A program made the translations under genes and the position numbers. The notes under the pieces were generated by a model. The model was not told the origin of the DNA. It saw only the letters and a program-made list of their open reading frames with translations, and ran no database searches. From an uncultured Desulfobacterales bacterium (lineage in GTDB: Bacteria > Desulfobacterota > DSM-4660 > Desulfatiglandales > JALVZP01), in the NCBI GenBank assembly GCA_964567535.1, contig CAZMNC010000125.1, forward strand, positions 32,353-96,352: a DNA stretch of 64,000 nt, read 5' to 3'. Below, in pieces: positions 1 through 10,326 of the stretch. Every line of letters begins with the position of its first letter. Within the stretch, counting starts at the first letter, position 1.

Positions 1-821
1 TCCTTTAACCTATCAAACCCATAACACCATTTAGATACAAATTCTTTATCATATAGCCCTTCTTTTATAATAATATTGATCATTGCTAAAGCAAGAGCTG
101 GATCTGTTCCAGGTCTTATAGGTAACCACTTATATACTCGTTTATTGGCCGCAAGAGGTATAAACTGGGGATTTATTACTACAAGCTTTGCTCCTTGTTC
201 TATCCTGTTTAAAATATGATAAGGAACAGTTCTCAGATTTACATTAGCAGATTCCGAACCCCTTCTTGCCGCTCCCCCTGCACCTCCACTTGTAAACCAT
301 TCAATGATAAGATCTGAATTTTCATAATCTGCTGTTGAATATCTATCCCCACCAACTGTACATATATGGTAAAAGAGTTGAGGAATAAAGCATACTGAAG
401 GGCCCCACCACGAAAAATTTGGTGATCCAATTGCATGTGTAAATCTTACAAAAAGTTGATGATAAAGGTTGAACCATCCAGAAGCTTGACCTTTTACAAA
501 TATTATATATTCTGGACCATATTTTTCTTTTATCTCTATTATTTTCTCAGCTACTATATCAAGTGCTTTATCCCAATTAATTCTTTTAAATCTTCCCTCT
601 CCCTTATTTCCTGATCTCATCAATGGGTATTTTAAACGATGAGGATTATATACCCATTTAACAGCAGAAAGTCCCTTTGCACAAAGGCCTCCCTTATTTA
701 ATGGATGATAAGGATTTCCTTCAACTTTTATAAATTTACCATCCTTTACATGGGCAAGTATTCCACAGCTATACCCCCCATAAAAACATCCATGACACAT
801 GGTAGGGATTATTCTTTCCAT
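1..821 (-). CDS. Molybdopterin (Mo/W-bisPGD) oxidoreductase catalytic subunit, N-terminal part; the gene runs off the left window edge
   Basis: Absent from the supplied ORF track because it has no stop codon in the window. My translation of the minus strand from the ATG at 821 stays open to base 1. It reads MERIIPTMCHGCFYGGYSCGILAHVKDGKFIKVEGNPYHPLNKGGLCAKGLSAVKWVYNPHRLKYPLMR...PGTDPALALAM. The N-terminal Cys cluster and the following segments are typical of the 4Fe-4S Mo/W-bisPGD family. Confidence 0.7.
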   Translation of the reverse strand, partial: MERIIPTMCHGCFYGGYSCGILAHVKDGKFIKVEGNPYHPLNKGGLCAKGLSAVKWVYNPHRLKYPLMRSGNKGEGRFKRINWDKALDIVAEKIIEIKEKYGPEYIIFVKGQASGWFNLYHQLFVRFTHAIGSPNFSWWGPSVCFIPQLFYHICTVGGDRYSTADYENSDLIIEWFTSGGAGGAARRGSESANVNLRTVPYHILNRIEQGAKLVVINPQFIPLAANKRVYKWLPIRPGTDPALALAMINIIIKEGLYDKEFVSKWCYGFDRLK

Positions 822-832
822 TTTATCACCCC

Positions 833-2362
833 TTAAAAGAAAAGTTTTCTATCAAGAATCCTATATTGAATAGCCTCTGCCACATGATCTAATTTTATTT
901 CTGAACTTTCTTCAAGATCTGCAATTGTCCGCGCTATTTTTAGAATTCTTGTATATGCCCTTGCACTAATACCAAGATTTTCCACAGCATCTTTTAATAA
1001 AGACATGGATTGCTCATTTAACTTGCAAAAATGTTCTATATGAGATGATCCCATTTCTGAATTAGTAAATATATTTAAATCTTTAAATCTGTTTCTTTGA
1101 ATCTGTCTTGCCTTCAGTACTCTATCTAATACTTTACGAGAAGAAGGGCCACTATGCCCTGAGGAAATTTGTTCATATGAAACAGAAGGGACTTCTACAT
1201 GTAAATCTATCCTATCTAATAATGGCCCTGATATCTTTGATCTGTATTTTTGTATCTGCATAATAGAGCATGTACATTGATGAATCCTATCGCCAAAATA
1301 TCCACACGGACATGGATTCATAGCAGCTACTAACATAAACTTTGCGGGATATGTTACTGTTATATTTGCTCTTGTTAAGGTCACAATTCTGTCTTCTAAG
1401 GGTTGCCTTAACACCTCAAGTACATTTCTCTTAAATTCAGGAAGTTCATCTAAAAACAGGACACCGTTATTTGCAAGACTTATTTCACCAGGTCTTGGAG
1501 GATTGCCTCCTCCTACCATACCTATATCAGATATTGTATGATGAGGAGAACGGAATGGCCGCCTCTTAATAAGCCCCCCCTCTTTTGCAAGAAATCCTAT
1601 TACACTATATATCTTAGACGTTTCAATAGATTCTTCAAAACTGAGAGAAGGCAATATTGTTGGAAGCCTTTTTGCAAGCATAGTTTTTCCAGAACCAGGA
1701 GGGCCTATCATAAGCAAATTATGTGCTCCAGCAGCTGCTATCTCCAATGCCCTTTTTGCATTTTCCTGACCTTTAACATCTTTAAGATCTAAATCCCATT
1801 TAAAGTTTATCTCAATACTATTGTCTTCTTTTTTAAAAGGGACTATACTTTTATTACCATTAAAAAATTCTACTATATCTGAAAGGGTGTGAATGGGAAA
1901 TATGTTAATTCCATATATAACAGAAGCTTCTGAAGCGTTTTCAAAGGGAAGAAATACCCCTTTTATTCCAGAATGCTTTGCTGACGCAACAATAGGCAAA
2001 ATACCATTTACAGGCCTAACAATACCATCTAATGAAAGTTCTCCCAAAAACAAATATCTATCAAATTTATTATCATTTATAAGTCCTGTAGCAGAAAGTA
2101 TGCCAACAGCAATAGGCAAATCAAAAGCTGAACCACTTTTTTTTATATTGGCAGGAGCAAGGTTTACTGTAATTCGGTCAGAGGGAAAATGATAACCAGA
2201 ATTTTTTATAGCAGATTTTACCCTATCCTTGCTCTCTTTAACAGCCCCTTCAGGAAGACCAACAGTAGAAAAGGAGGGGAGTCCATGGGATATATCCACT
2301 TCTACCTCAACTATATAACCATCAATCCCTATCACGGCCCCACTTAGGACCTTTGCTAACAC
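833..2362 (-). CDS. comM: Mg-chelatase-like AAA+ protein ComM/YifB family
   Basis: 509 aa with a GTG start. N-terminal Lon-like domain (VEVDISHGLPSFSTVGLP), Walker A GPPGSGKT, and the C-terminal region typical of YifB/ComM. Confidence 0.9.
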   Translation of the reverse strand: MLAKVLSGAVIGIDGYIVEVEVDISHGLPSFSTVGLPEGAVKESKDRVKSAIKNSGYHFPSDRITVNLAPANIKKSGSAFDLPIAVGILSATGLINDNKFDRYLFLGELSLDGIVRPVNGILPIVASAKHSGIKGVFLPFENASEASVIYGINIFPIHTLSDIVEFFNGNKSIVPFKKEDNSIEINFKWDLDLKDVKGQENAKRALEIAAAGAHNLLMIGPPGSGKTMLAKRLPTILPSLSFEESIETSKIYSVIGFLAKEGGLIKRRPFRSPHHTISDIGMVGGGNPPRPGEISLANNGVLFLDELPEFKRNVLEVLRQPLEDRIVTLTRANITVTYPAKFMLVAAMNPCPCGYFGDRIHQCTCSIMQIQKYRSKISGPLLDRIDLHVEVPSVSYEQISSGHSGPSSRKVLDRVLKARQIQRNRFKDLNIFTNSEMGSSHIEHFCKLNEQSMSLLKDAVENLGISARAYTRILKIARTIADLEESSEIKLDHVAEAIQYRILDRKLFF

Positions 2363-2455
2363 CTTATTATCCTTTTTGGTTATTTTACTTTACTTTTAAC
2401 ATAGAAATTTATATATATCAAATTTCTTTAAGTTTAAAAAGGGAGGAAAAAAATA

Positions 2456-2758
2456 ATGGCAAGGATTACAGTTGAAGATTGTTTAGAAAGGGTAGAAAAT
2501 CGTTTTGAGTTAGTTCATCTTGCCATAAAAAGGGTAAAAGAGCTAAAAAAAGGAGTTTCACCTTTCGTGGAATGTGATAATAGAGAAGTAGTAACAGCTC
2601 TTAGAGAAATTGCGGCAGGCAAGGTATTTCCTATAAGACCGGGCGAAACATTACCCTATCATGAAGAAAAAACGGTGCTTTCTAAACCTGAAGAACTTAT
2701 ACCAGAGCAAATAGAGCCAACAATTGAGCAAGCATCTTCAGAGGTAAGAAATGAATAA
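2456..2758 (+). CDS. rpoZ: DNA-directed RNA polymerase omega subunit
   Basis: The start [30 protein letters not shown] is the canonical RpoZ N-terminus. GGGAGG RBS upstream. Confidence 0.9.
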   Translation: MARITVEDCLERVENRFELVHLAIKRVKELKKGVSPFVECDNREVVTALREIAAGKVFPIRPGETLPYHEEKTVLSKPEELIPEQIEPTIEQASSEVRNE

Positions 2759-3854
2759 AAAAGATTACTATGAAATATTAGGAATCCCCAAAGATGCTAC
2801 AGAAGAAGAAATAAAAAGAGCTTACAGAAAACTTGCACTAAAATACCATCCTGATAGGAATCCAGGCGATAAAGAGTCAGAAGAAAGATTTAAAGAGATA
2901 TCCGAGGCATACAAAGTATTAAGTGATCCTGAAAAAAGGCATATATATGATATATATGGCCATGAAGGCCTTGAAGGACAAGGATATTCCACTGGTTTTT
3001 CAGATATTGATGATATATTTTCTGCATTCAGCGACATATTTGAAGATTTCTTTGGTTTCAGAAGCACAACAAGAAGACAACGATCGAGACAGGGCAGAAG
3101 TCTAAGATATGATATTGAAATAACCCTTGAAGAGGCCTTTAAAGGGACAGAGAAAGAGATCGTTTTTGAAAGATTAGAAAAATGTCATTATTGCGATGGA
3201 ATAGGGGGTAAAGGTAGACAAATATGCCCTGCTTGTAATGGAATGGGTCAAATAACAAAATCCCATGGTTTTTTCCACATTAGCACTACATGTCCTACTT
3301 GTAATGGAGAAGGCTACGTACTTACAGAACTATGCCCTGAATGCAAAGGTAGTGGAACCATAAGAAGAAAGAAAAAAATGAATATAAAAATTCCTGCTGG
3401 AGTAGATAATGGTATGCAGTTAAGAATAAGAGGCGAAGGAGAGCCAGGAGATTATGGAGCACCAGCAGGAGATTTGTTTATTGTAATTCATATACAAAAC
3501 CACACATTTTTTTCAAGAAAAGGAGAGCATCTATTTTGTGAAATACCTATATCTTTTGTACAAGCAGCATTGGGGGATAAAATTAAGATACCCCTTTTTG
3601 ATAAAGAAGAGATAACAATTGATATACCTCCTGGCACTCAGCCAGAGGAAATAATAAAAATATCTGGAAAAGGCATGCCGATCCCACGATTTAATAGAAG
3701 AGGAGATCTATTTGTAAAAGTAAAAGTCCAAATTCCTAAAAACCTTAATAAAAAACAAAAAGAACTTTTACAAGAATTTGCAAAAACAGAAGGTATAAAA
3801 ATTAAAGAATCTCAAAAAAAGAAAAAAGGATTATGGAATAGGATGATTCACTAA
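2751..3854 (+). CDS. dnaJ: Molecular chaperone DnaJ
   Basis: J domain with HPD (KYHPDRNP). Four CxxCxG zinc-finger repeats ([32 protein letters not shown]). C-terminal substrate-binding domains. Confidence 0.95.
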   Translation: MNKKDYYEILGIPKDATEEEIKRAYRKLALKYHPDRNPGDKESEERFKEISEAYKVLSDPEKRHIYDIYGHEGLEGQGYSTGFSDIDDIFSAFSDIFEDFFGFRSTTRRQRSRQGRSLRYDIEITLEEAFKGTEKEIVFERLEKCHYCDGIGGKGRQICPACNGMGQITKSHGFFHISTTCPTCNGEGYVLTELCPECKGSGTIRRKKKMNIKIPAGVDNGMQLRIRGEGEPGDYGAPAGDLFIVIHIQNHTFFSRKGEHLFCEIPISFVQAALGDKIKIPLFDKEEITIDIPPGTQPEEIIKISGKGMPIPRFNRRGDLFVKVKVQIPKNLNKKQKELLQEFAKTEGIKIKESQKKKKGLWNRMIH

Positions 3855-4234
3855 TGGAAAATGAAGCAAAAAAAGAATTAGAAGAAAAAATATACGATAT
3901 TATCCATGAAAGAGGCGGAAATATAAGGGCCTATAAAGGCTTAATGTTTGATATATGGAAGTACCTCAGACATATGCTTGGCTTTATGACATCAAATCTT
4001 GTTATGGAAAGGGTTCTAAGAGCTGCAAGCGAAAAATTTCCTGATTTTAATATAGATATGACAAAGGATGGCCCAAATATTGAGGATATAAATGATTCTA
4101 TACAAAATATAGAAGCCTTGAAATTTTGTATTAATTATGCCATAGACATCATGGAGAAATTGGCAGGAGATGTGTTATTAAAAGGGCTTTTAAGGCGTTT
4201 AAACCATAAAAAAATACCAGATGAAATCCTTTAG
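3854..4234 (+). CDS. Hypothetical protein (126 aa), translationally coupled to dnaJ and to the downstream HD-GYP gene
   Basis: The ORF start overlaps the dnaJ stop (TAATG) and its end overlaps the next ORF by 14 nt. I recognise no motif. Confidence 0.45.
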   Translation: MENEAKKELEEKIYDIIHERGGNIRAYKGLMFDIWKYLRHMLGFMTSNLVMERVLRAASEKFPDFNIDMTKDGPNIEDINDSIQNIEALKFCINYAIDIMEKLAGDVLLKGLLRRLNHKKIPDEIL

Positions 4235-6218
4235 GGAACAACTATTTCTGGAGGTTTATAAGACTTTATCTCAGAGAGAGCCCCATGAATTTTTAGAAGG
4301 GGTATTTGAGATCTTAAGAGATGAATTCTCAATCGATATAGCTATAGTTTGGATAATTGGTTATGATTATAAGATATCTTATCAATGGATACGTCCTGAA
4401 TGGTATTCCAAGGTAGATATTATTGACAAAGAAGCCAAACAGCTACTTCCATCTGAAGGGGATAAAGGAAAATTTTTTTTAGAACTTAACCCTTCTATAA
4501 GAAAAGCCTTGATATCGGCACAGTCTATCTATCTCTCTGATCTATCCAGAGTAGAAGATCATGGAGCAAAATTAATATATAAATATGGCATAAAATCTGT
4601 TCTTATTATCCCGCTTGTTACTGAAGGAGATGAAAAAGTTGTTTTGTGCATCATGAGTGGCAAGCTAAATGCATTCAAAAAAGAAGAAATAAGATTTTTC
4701 GAAGAAATAAAAAAAGGTTTTGCTGCTATATCTAAGGTATGGCTCTATGAAAACAGACTCAAAAGAATTAATGAAAATCTAAGAAAAAATATTGAGGAAA
4801 AGACATATGAACTTAGAATTTTATATGAACTCACCAGAAAATTAAGCTATACTTTAAGCTACGATGAACTATTGAGACTCATGGCAGAACACCTATATAG
4901 AGTAATGAAATATGATGTGGTTGCCACTCTCCTTGTAATTGACGAAGTAGAAAAATTAGTTATATATCCGGTGCGAGAACTATCTGAAAAAATTAAAGAA
5001 AAAGTTCAAACTAATGTTATTGATGCCTTTTATAAATTGGGGGGGAAAAAGCTAACAGAACTACAAATAATATTTAAGGATCCAATAAATAAAGAACAAG
5101 CCACCATAGAACATTTGGACTCTATATTTCAGGTCCCTCTTATGTCTGCAAAGGAATTTAAAATAATAGGACTCATATTTGTAGGAGCAGAAAAAGAAGA
5201 AGCATTTACAGAAAGTCAAATAAAACTCATATATACTGTTGCACATCATGCATCCGAATCTATTCAAAAATTAAGAAGCCTTATTGACTTAGAACAAAGG
5301 AGATTAGAAACCATATTAGAATTTATGCAAGAAGGGGTTATTCTTTTAGACAAAAATAAAAGAATTGTGTTTTCTAATCCAAGTGGCACCCAGTATCTTG
5401 CTGAATTAAGTGGTGTAGGAAGAGGTGAAGTATTAAATAAATTGGGTTATGTATCAGTAGAACAACTATTTGCTCCATTACCTAAGGGGCAATGGCATAT
5501 ACTTACCATTGGCAAGCCTGAAATGAGAGTATTTGAAGTGGGAACCCGTCCTATTGGGGAAGGGCCAGAGCAAGGTGGATGGATTATGGTTTTAAGAGAT
5601 GTTACAGAACAAAGAAAAACTCTTATAAAATATAGAAGAGCATTGGAAGGAGCAATATCTGCTTTAGCTACTGCAATAGAAAAAAGAGATCCGTATACAG
5701 CAGGGCACCAAAGAAGAGTTGCAGAACTTGCAAGAGCTATAGCAAGAGAAATGAAGTTGTCTGAAGATCAAATTCAATGTGTTTATATGGCAGCTTTACT
5801 TCATGATGTTGGAAAAATATCAGTTCCTTCAGAGATATTAAGTAAACCGGGTAGATTAAATGAACCAGAGTATCAAATAATGAAATTTCACCCGGTTGTA
5901 GGATACGAGATACTTAAAGATATAGATTTTCCATGGCCTATAGCTGAGGCAGTTTTATATCATCATGAAAGACTTGATGGTTCTGGATATCCTAATGGTC
6001 TGAAAAATGGAGAGATACCTCTTGAATCAAGAATATTAGCTGTTGCTGATGTAGTAGAAGCAATCTCATCACACAGGCCTTATAGACCAGCTTTAGGAAT
6101 TGATGCAGCTATTGAAGAAATAAAAACTCATAAAGATAAATTATATGATCCCCAAGTTGTAGATGCATGTATAAGGATACTAAAAGAGGGAAGATTTAAA
6201 TGGAAACAACAGGCATAA
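4221..6218 (+). CDS. GAF/PAS sensor protein with C-terminal HD-GYP phosphodiesterase domain
   Basis: The C-terminal region has HD (LLHDVGK) and HHERLDGSGYP, the HD-GYP signature. Upstream are GAF-like and PAS-like segments and a coiled coil. Confidence 0.85.
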   Translation: MKSFREQLFLEVYKTLSQREPHEFLEGVFEILRDEFSIDIAIVWIIGYDYKISYQWIRPEWYSKVDIIDKEAKQLLPSEGDKGKFFLELNPSIRKALISAQSIYLSDLSRVEDHGAKLIYKYGIKSVLIIPLVTEGDEKVVLCIMSGKLNAFKKEEIRFFEEIKKGFAAISKVWLYENRLKRINENLRKNIEEKTYELRILYELTRKLSYTLSYDELLRLMAEHLYRVMKYDVVATLLVIDEVEKLVIYPVRELSEKIKEKVQTNVIDAFYKLGGKKLTELQIIFKDPINKEQATIEHLDSIFQVPLMSAKEFKIIGLIFVGAEKEEAFTESQIKLIYTVAHHASESIQKLRSLIDLEQRRLETILEFMQEGVILLDKNKRIVFSNPSGTQYLAELSGVGRGEVLNKLGYVSVEQLFAPLPKGQWHILTIGKPEMRVFEVGTRPIGEGPEQGGWIMVLRDVTEQRKTLIKYRRALEGAISALATAIEKRDPYTAGHQRRVAELARAIAREMKLSEDQIQCVYMAALLHDVGKISVPSEILSKPGRLNEPEYQIMKFHPVVGYEILKDIDFPWPIAEAVLYHHERLDGSGYPNGLKNGEIPLESRILAVADVVEAISSHRPYRPALGIDAAIEEIKTHKDKLYDPQVVDACIRILKEGRFKWKQQA

Positions 6219-6274
6219 CTTTACATTAACAGACAGATATAGTAATAATTCTGGCAAAAAAGAGGTTTTAAGAT

Positions 6275-6640
6275 ATGTTAAGTGAGGAAAAGAAAGAAAA
6301 ATTCAGAAAAATTCTTTTAGAAAGACTCAATACCCTCCTAAAAGAGGCAAATAAAACAATGAGTGAAATGGCAGGGGATGTAGAAAATTATCCTGATCCT
6401 ACAGATAGAGCAGTACTGGAATCTGATAGAAATTTTGAATTAAGGATTAGGGATAGAGAAAGAAAACTTATAAAAAAGATCAAAGAGGCATTAGAAAGAT
6501 TGGAAAACGGCACATTTGGCATATGCGAAGAGTGTGGTGAAGAGATTTCAGAAGAGAGGCTGATGGCAAGACCTGTAACCACTCTTTGTATAAAATGTAA
6601 AGAGCGGCAGGAGAAGGAAGAGAAACTACGAGGGGAATAA
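6275..6640 (+). CDS. dksA: DksA/TraR-family zinc-finger transcription factor
   Basis: 121 aa. Coiled-coil region followed by the C4 finger CEECGEEI...CIKC. Confidence 0.8.
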   Translation: MLSEEKKEKFRKILLERLNTLLKEANKTMSEMAGDVENYPDPTDRAVLESDRNFELRIRDRERKLIKKIKEALERLENGTFGICEECGEEISEERLMARPVTTLCIKCKERQEKEEKLRGE

Positions 6641-6669
6641 AGGATAATTTGCATTATATTTAGAGGTAT

Positions 6670-6700
6670 GGCCGGTAGATTACAGCAGCCGGCCTTTTTT
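6670..6700 (+). terminator. Rho-independent terminator-like hairpin after dksA
   Basis: GGCCGG (6670-6675) pairs with CCGGCC (6689-6694) across a 13-nt loop and is followed by TTTTTT (6695-6700). It ends only 8 nt before the next ATG, so it may act as a partial terminator. Confidence 0.55.
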
Positions 6701-6707
6701 ATTTGGA

Positions 6708-9365
6708 ATGAATAAAAAAAGGCCAAAAGAAATAATCACTACTCACATAAACGCAGATTTTGATGCATTATCCTCTATGCTTGCAGCCAAAAGGCTTTAC
6801 CCAAAAGCAGAATTAGTTTTCCCAGGATCTCAAGAAAAAGGAATAAAAAATTTTTTGCTCCATTCCGCTTCTTATCTATTCAATTTCCTAAGATTAAAAG
6901 AGATAGAGTTAGAAGAAATAAGACGCCTTATTATTGTAGATACAAGACAAAAAAGCAGGATAGGAAAATTCTCAGAACTAATAGAAAAAAAAGGAGTGGA
7001 AATCCATATATATGACCATCATCCAAAATCTGGGGATGATATAAAAGGGGATATAGAAATAATCAAAAGGGTGGGAGCAAACACAACTATAATGGTTCAA
7101 ATATTAAAACAAAGAGGAATTAATATAACCCCTGATGAAGCCACAATAATGTGTCTTGGCATTCATGAAGATACAGGCTCTTTCACATTTTCCTCTACCA
7201 CATCTGAAGACTACGAAGCTGCTGCTTGGCTTACAGCCCAAGGTGCAGATCATAATATTATATCTAATATGTTAACAAGAGAGCTGACAATAGAACAAAT
7301 ATCTCTGCTAAACGAACTTATCCAATCTGCCAAGAAATATAAGATAGATGGGATAGAAGTGGTAATATCCAAGATAATAAGAGATGAATATATAGGAGAC
7401 TTTGCTGTCCTGGTTCATAGATTAATGGATATGGACAATATAAATGTAATATTTGCTTTAGCCCAAATGGAAGACAAAATATATCTTGTAGCCAGAAGCA
7501 GAATAGATGCCGTAAATGCTGCTGATATTGTAAAAAGATTTGGTGGTGGAGGACACTCATTTGCGGCATCAGCTACTATAAAAGACATGACGATAAATCA
7601 AGCTGAAGATCTATTAATTGAAACATTAAGAAAACATATAAATTCCATTATAAAAAAGGCAAAAGATATAATGTCGTCACCTGTTATTAGTATATCTTCA
7701 AAAGAGACACTAAAGAAAGCTGAAGAGCTTATGAACAAATTCAGTATAAATGTACTACTTGTTATGGAAAAAGGCAAACTTATGGGCTACATCACAAGAC
7801 AAGTAGTAGATAAAGCCAGATTTTTTCATCTCGAACATATGAAAGTCAAAGAATACATGAACATAGAATATCCTATTATTCATCCAGATGCATCCATAAA
7901 AAAAGTGCAGGATATCATAATCAGAAATAGGGTAAGAGTAGTACCAGTGGTAAAAGATGAAAAAGTAGTTGGTGTCATAACACGAACAGATATACTAAAT
8001 TTTTTTATGGAAGAACCTCATTATTATACCCTAGTAGAAGAAAAAGAATATGCTTTTAAAAAAGATATGAAACGTCTTTTAAAAGAAAAATTGCCAGCGC
8101 AGATAATAAAGTTGCTCAAAGATTTTGGTAATATAGCAGACCTGATGGGGTATAATATCTATCTCGTGGGAGGATTTGTAAGGGATCTTATATTAAGAAG
8201 GAATAATTTAGATATAGATATTGTAGTAGAAGGGGATGGGATAAAATTTGCCAGAGAATTTGCCAGACATTTTGAGGTTAAAGTAAATATTCATAAAAGG
8301 TTTAGGACTGCTTATATTATATTTCCTGATGGATTTAAAATAGATGTGGCAACTGCAAGAATGGAATATTATGAATCTCCAGGTGCATTACCTATAGTAA
8401 AAAAAAGTTCATTAAAATTAGATTTATATAGACGTGATTTTACAATAAACACCCTTGCTATAAAATTAAACAAAAAGGAATTTGGTACTATTATAGATTA
8501 TTTTAATGGAATGCGAGACATAAAAGATAAAGTTATAAGAGTATTGCATAATCTCAGCTTTGTTGAAGATCCTTCCAGGATATTAAGGGCTATAAGATTC
8601 GAGCAACGATTTGGTTTTAGAATAGGTAAGCTCACTTTATCCTTGATAAAAAGTGCAATAAAAATAAATTGTTTTGATTTAATAAATGGAAAAAGACTAT
8701 TTCATGAACTTCAACTTATCCTTATGGAGGAAGATCCATTAATGGCAATGGAAAGAATGAATGAACTGGGAGTTCTTAAAGCACTTTCCCCGTTATTTAA
8801 ATGGACAAGAGAACATAAACGAATATTTGAAGATATAAAAAATACTATTGCATGGTATAATTTATTATTTCTTGAAGAATCTATAGCTTCTTGGAAGATC
8901 TACTGGCATGGTTTAACATATCATTTATATATGGAACAACTATCTACTTTGTATAAAAAATTTGAAATGAATGAAAAACCATATATAAGTATGTTTGATC
9001 AAAGAAAAGGACTTGATGATGTGATAAAAAAACTCATAATAAATCAACTTAGCAATTATGAAATATATAAAATACTGCATCAATATGATACAGAAACATT
9101 GCTTTTTATTATGGCAAAGGTAAAAAATAAAAAACTAAGAAAAATTATGTCTAATTATTTTACCAAGTTAAAACACACAAAACCTCAAATTACAGGCAAA
9201 GATCTTATAAAGATGGGATTTAAACCTGGGCCTATTTTTGGGAAAATCCTTGAAACAGTATTAGAAGCTCGAGCAAATGAGGTTGTTAAAAACAAAGAAG
9301 ATGAAATAAAATTAATTCAAGAAATATTCAAAGGAGAGATTAAAAATGAAAAACAGGGTTGTTAG
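6708..9365 (+). CDS. DHH phosphoesterase - CBS pair - poly(A) polymerase/CCA-adding nucleotidyltransferase fusion protein
   Basis: 885 aa. N-terminal DHH motifs (HINADFDALSS, IVDT, DHH at IYDHHP, GGGH). Two CBS-like repeats sit in the middle. The C-terminal class II nucleotidyltransferase head is GGFVRDLILRRNNLDIDIVV, with RDFTIN. Confidence 0.85.
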   Translation: MNKKRPKEIITTHINADFDALSSMLAAKRLYPKAELVFPGSQEKGIKNFLLHSASYLFNFLRLKEIELEEIRRLIIVDTRQKSRIGKFSELIEKKGVEIHIYDHHPKSGDDIKGDIEIIKRVGANTTIMVQILKQRGINITPDEATIMCLGIHEDTGSFTFSSTTSEDYEAAAWLTAQGADHNIISNMLTRELTIEQISLLNELIQSAKKYKIDGIEVVISKIIRDEYIGDFAVLVHRLMDMDNINVIFALAQMEDKIYLVARSRIDAVNAADIVKRFGGGGHSFAASATIKDMTINQAEDLLIETLRKHINSIIKKAKDIMSSPVISISSKETLKKAEELMNKFSINVLLVMEKGKLMGYITRQVVDKARFFHLEHMKVKEYMNIEYPIIHPDASIKKVQDIIIRNRVRVVPVVKDEKVVGVITRTDILNFFMEEPHYYTLVEEKEYAFKKDMKRLLKEKLPAQIIKLLKDFGNIADLMGYNIYLVGGFVRDLILRRNNLDIDIVVEGDGIKFAREFARHFEVKVNIHKRFRTAYIIFPDGFKIDVATARMEYYESPGALPIVKKSSLKLDLYRRDFTINTLAIKLNKKEFGTIIDYFNGMRDIKDKVIRVLHNLSFVEDPSRILRAIRFEQRFGFRIGKLTLSLIKSAIKINCFDLINGKRLFHELQLILMEEDPLMAMERMNELGVLKALSPLFKWTREHKRIFEDIKNTIAWYNLLFLEESIASWKIYWHGLTYHLYMEQLSTLYKKFEMNEKPYISMFDQRKGLDDVIKKLIINQLSNYEIYKILHQYDTETLLFIMAKVKNKKLRKIMSNYFTKLKHTKPQITGKDLIKMGFKPGPIFGKILETVLEARANEVVKNKEDEIKLIQEIFKGEIKNEKQGC

Positions 9366-10326
9366 CGGAATTAGACCCACAGGGAAACTCCATCTAGGAC
9401 ACCTTCATGGTGCATTGCTTAACTGGAAAGAACTGCAGGATAAATATGACTGTTTTTATTTTATAGCTGATTGGCATGCCCTGACCAGTGAGTATGCAAA
9501 ACCTGATGTGATTAAGCAAAGTACAATAGATATAATTATAGATTGGCTTGCAGTAGGACTTGATCCTAAAAAATGTACATTTTTCATACAATCTCAGATA
9601 AAAGAACATGCTGAATTACACCTTATATTTTCTATGATAACTCCTATACCATGGCTTGAAAGAAATCCTACATATAAAGAACAAATGCAAGAGCTTAGCA
9701 CTAAAAATCTTAATACATATGGATTTCTTGGATATCCTGTGCTTCAAGCTGCAGATATTCTTATGTATAAAGCTAATGCTGTACCAGTAGGAGAAGATCA
9801 AGCACCTCATATAGAACTAACAAGAGAGATAGCCAGAAGATTCAACTTCCTTTACAAAAAGGTTTTTCCAGAACCTGATACACTTTTAACTCCTACCTCA
9901 AAACTTTTAGGAATAGACAGAAGAAAGATGAGTAAGAGTTATAATAATGCTATATTAATAACAGAATCAGCAGATATAATAAGAAAAAAAGTCAGTCAAA
10001 TGATCACAGATCCACAAAGAGGTAGGAAAACAGATCCTGGGAGACCAGAAATATGCAATGTTTTCTCTTTTCATGAAATATATACACCAGAAGAAAAAGT
10101 AAAAGAAATTGAAGAAGCTTGCAAAACAGCAACAATAGGGTGTGTTGAATGCAAAAAAATTATGGCAGAAAATTTAAATAAAGGACTTGAACCAATTAGA
10201 ACAAAAAGAAAAAAGCTTGAGTCAAACATGGATTATGTAGAAAATATTATAAAGGAAGGCAATAAAAGGGCAAAAAGTATTGCTCAAGAAACTATGCAAG
10301 AGGTAAGAAAAGCAATAGGAATATGA
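9346..10326 (+). CDS. trpS: Tryptophan--tRNA ligase
   Basis: 326 aa. HIGH-type motif (GKLHLGHLHG) and KMSKS motif. Confidence 0.95.
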   Translation: MKNRVVSGIRPTGKLHLGHLHGALLNWKELQDKYDCFYFIADWHALTSEYAKPDVIKQSTIDIIIDWLAVGLDPKKCTFFIQSQIKEHAELHLIFSMITPIPWLERNPTYKEQMQELSTKNLNTYGFLGYPVLQAADILMYKANAVPVGEDQAPHIELTREIARRFNFLYKKVFPEPDTLLTPTSKLLGIDRRKMSKSYNNAILITESADIIRKKVSQMITDPQRGRKTDPGRPEICNVFSFHEIYTPEEKVKEIEEACKTATIGCVECKKIMAENLNKGLEPIRTKRKKLESNMDYVENIIKEGNKRAKSIAQETMQEVRKAIGI

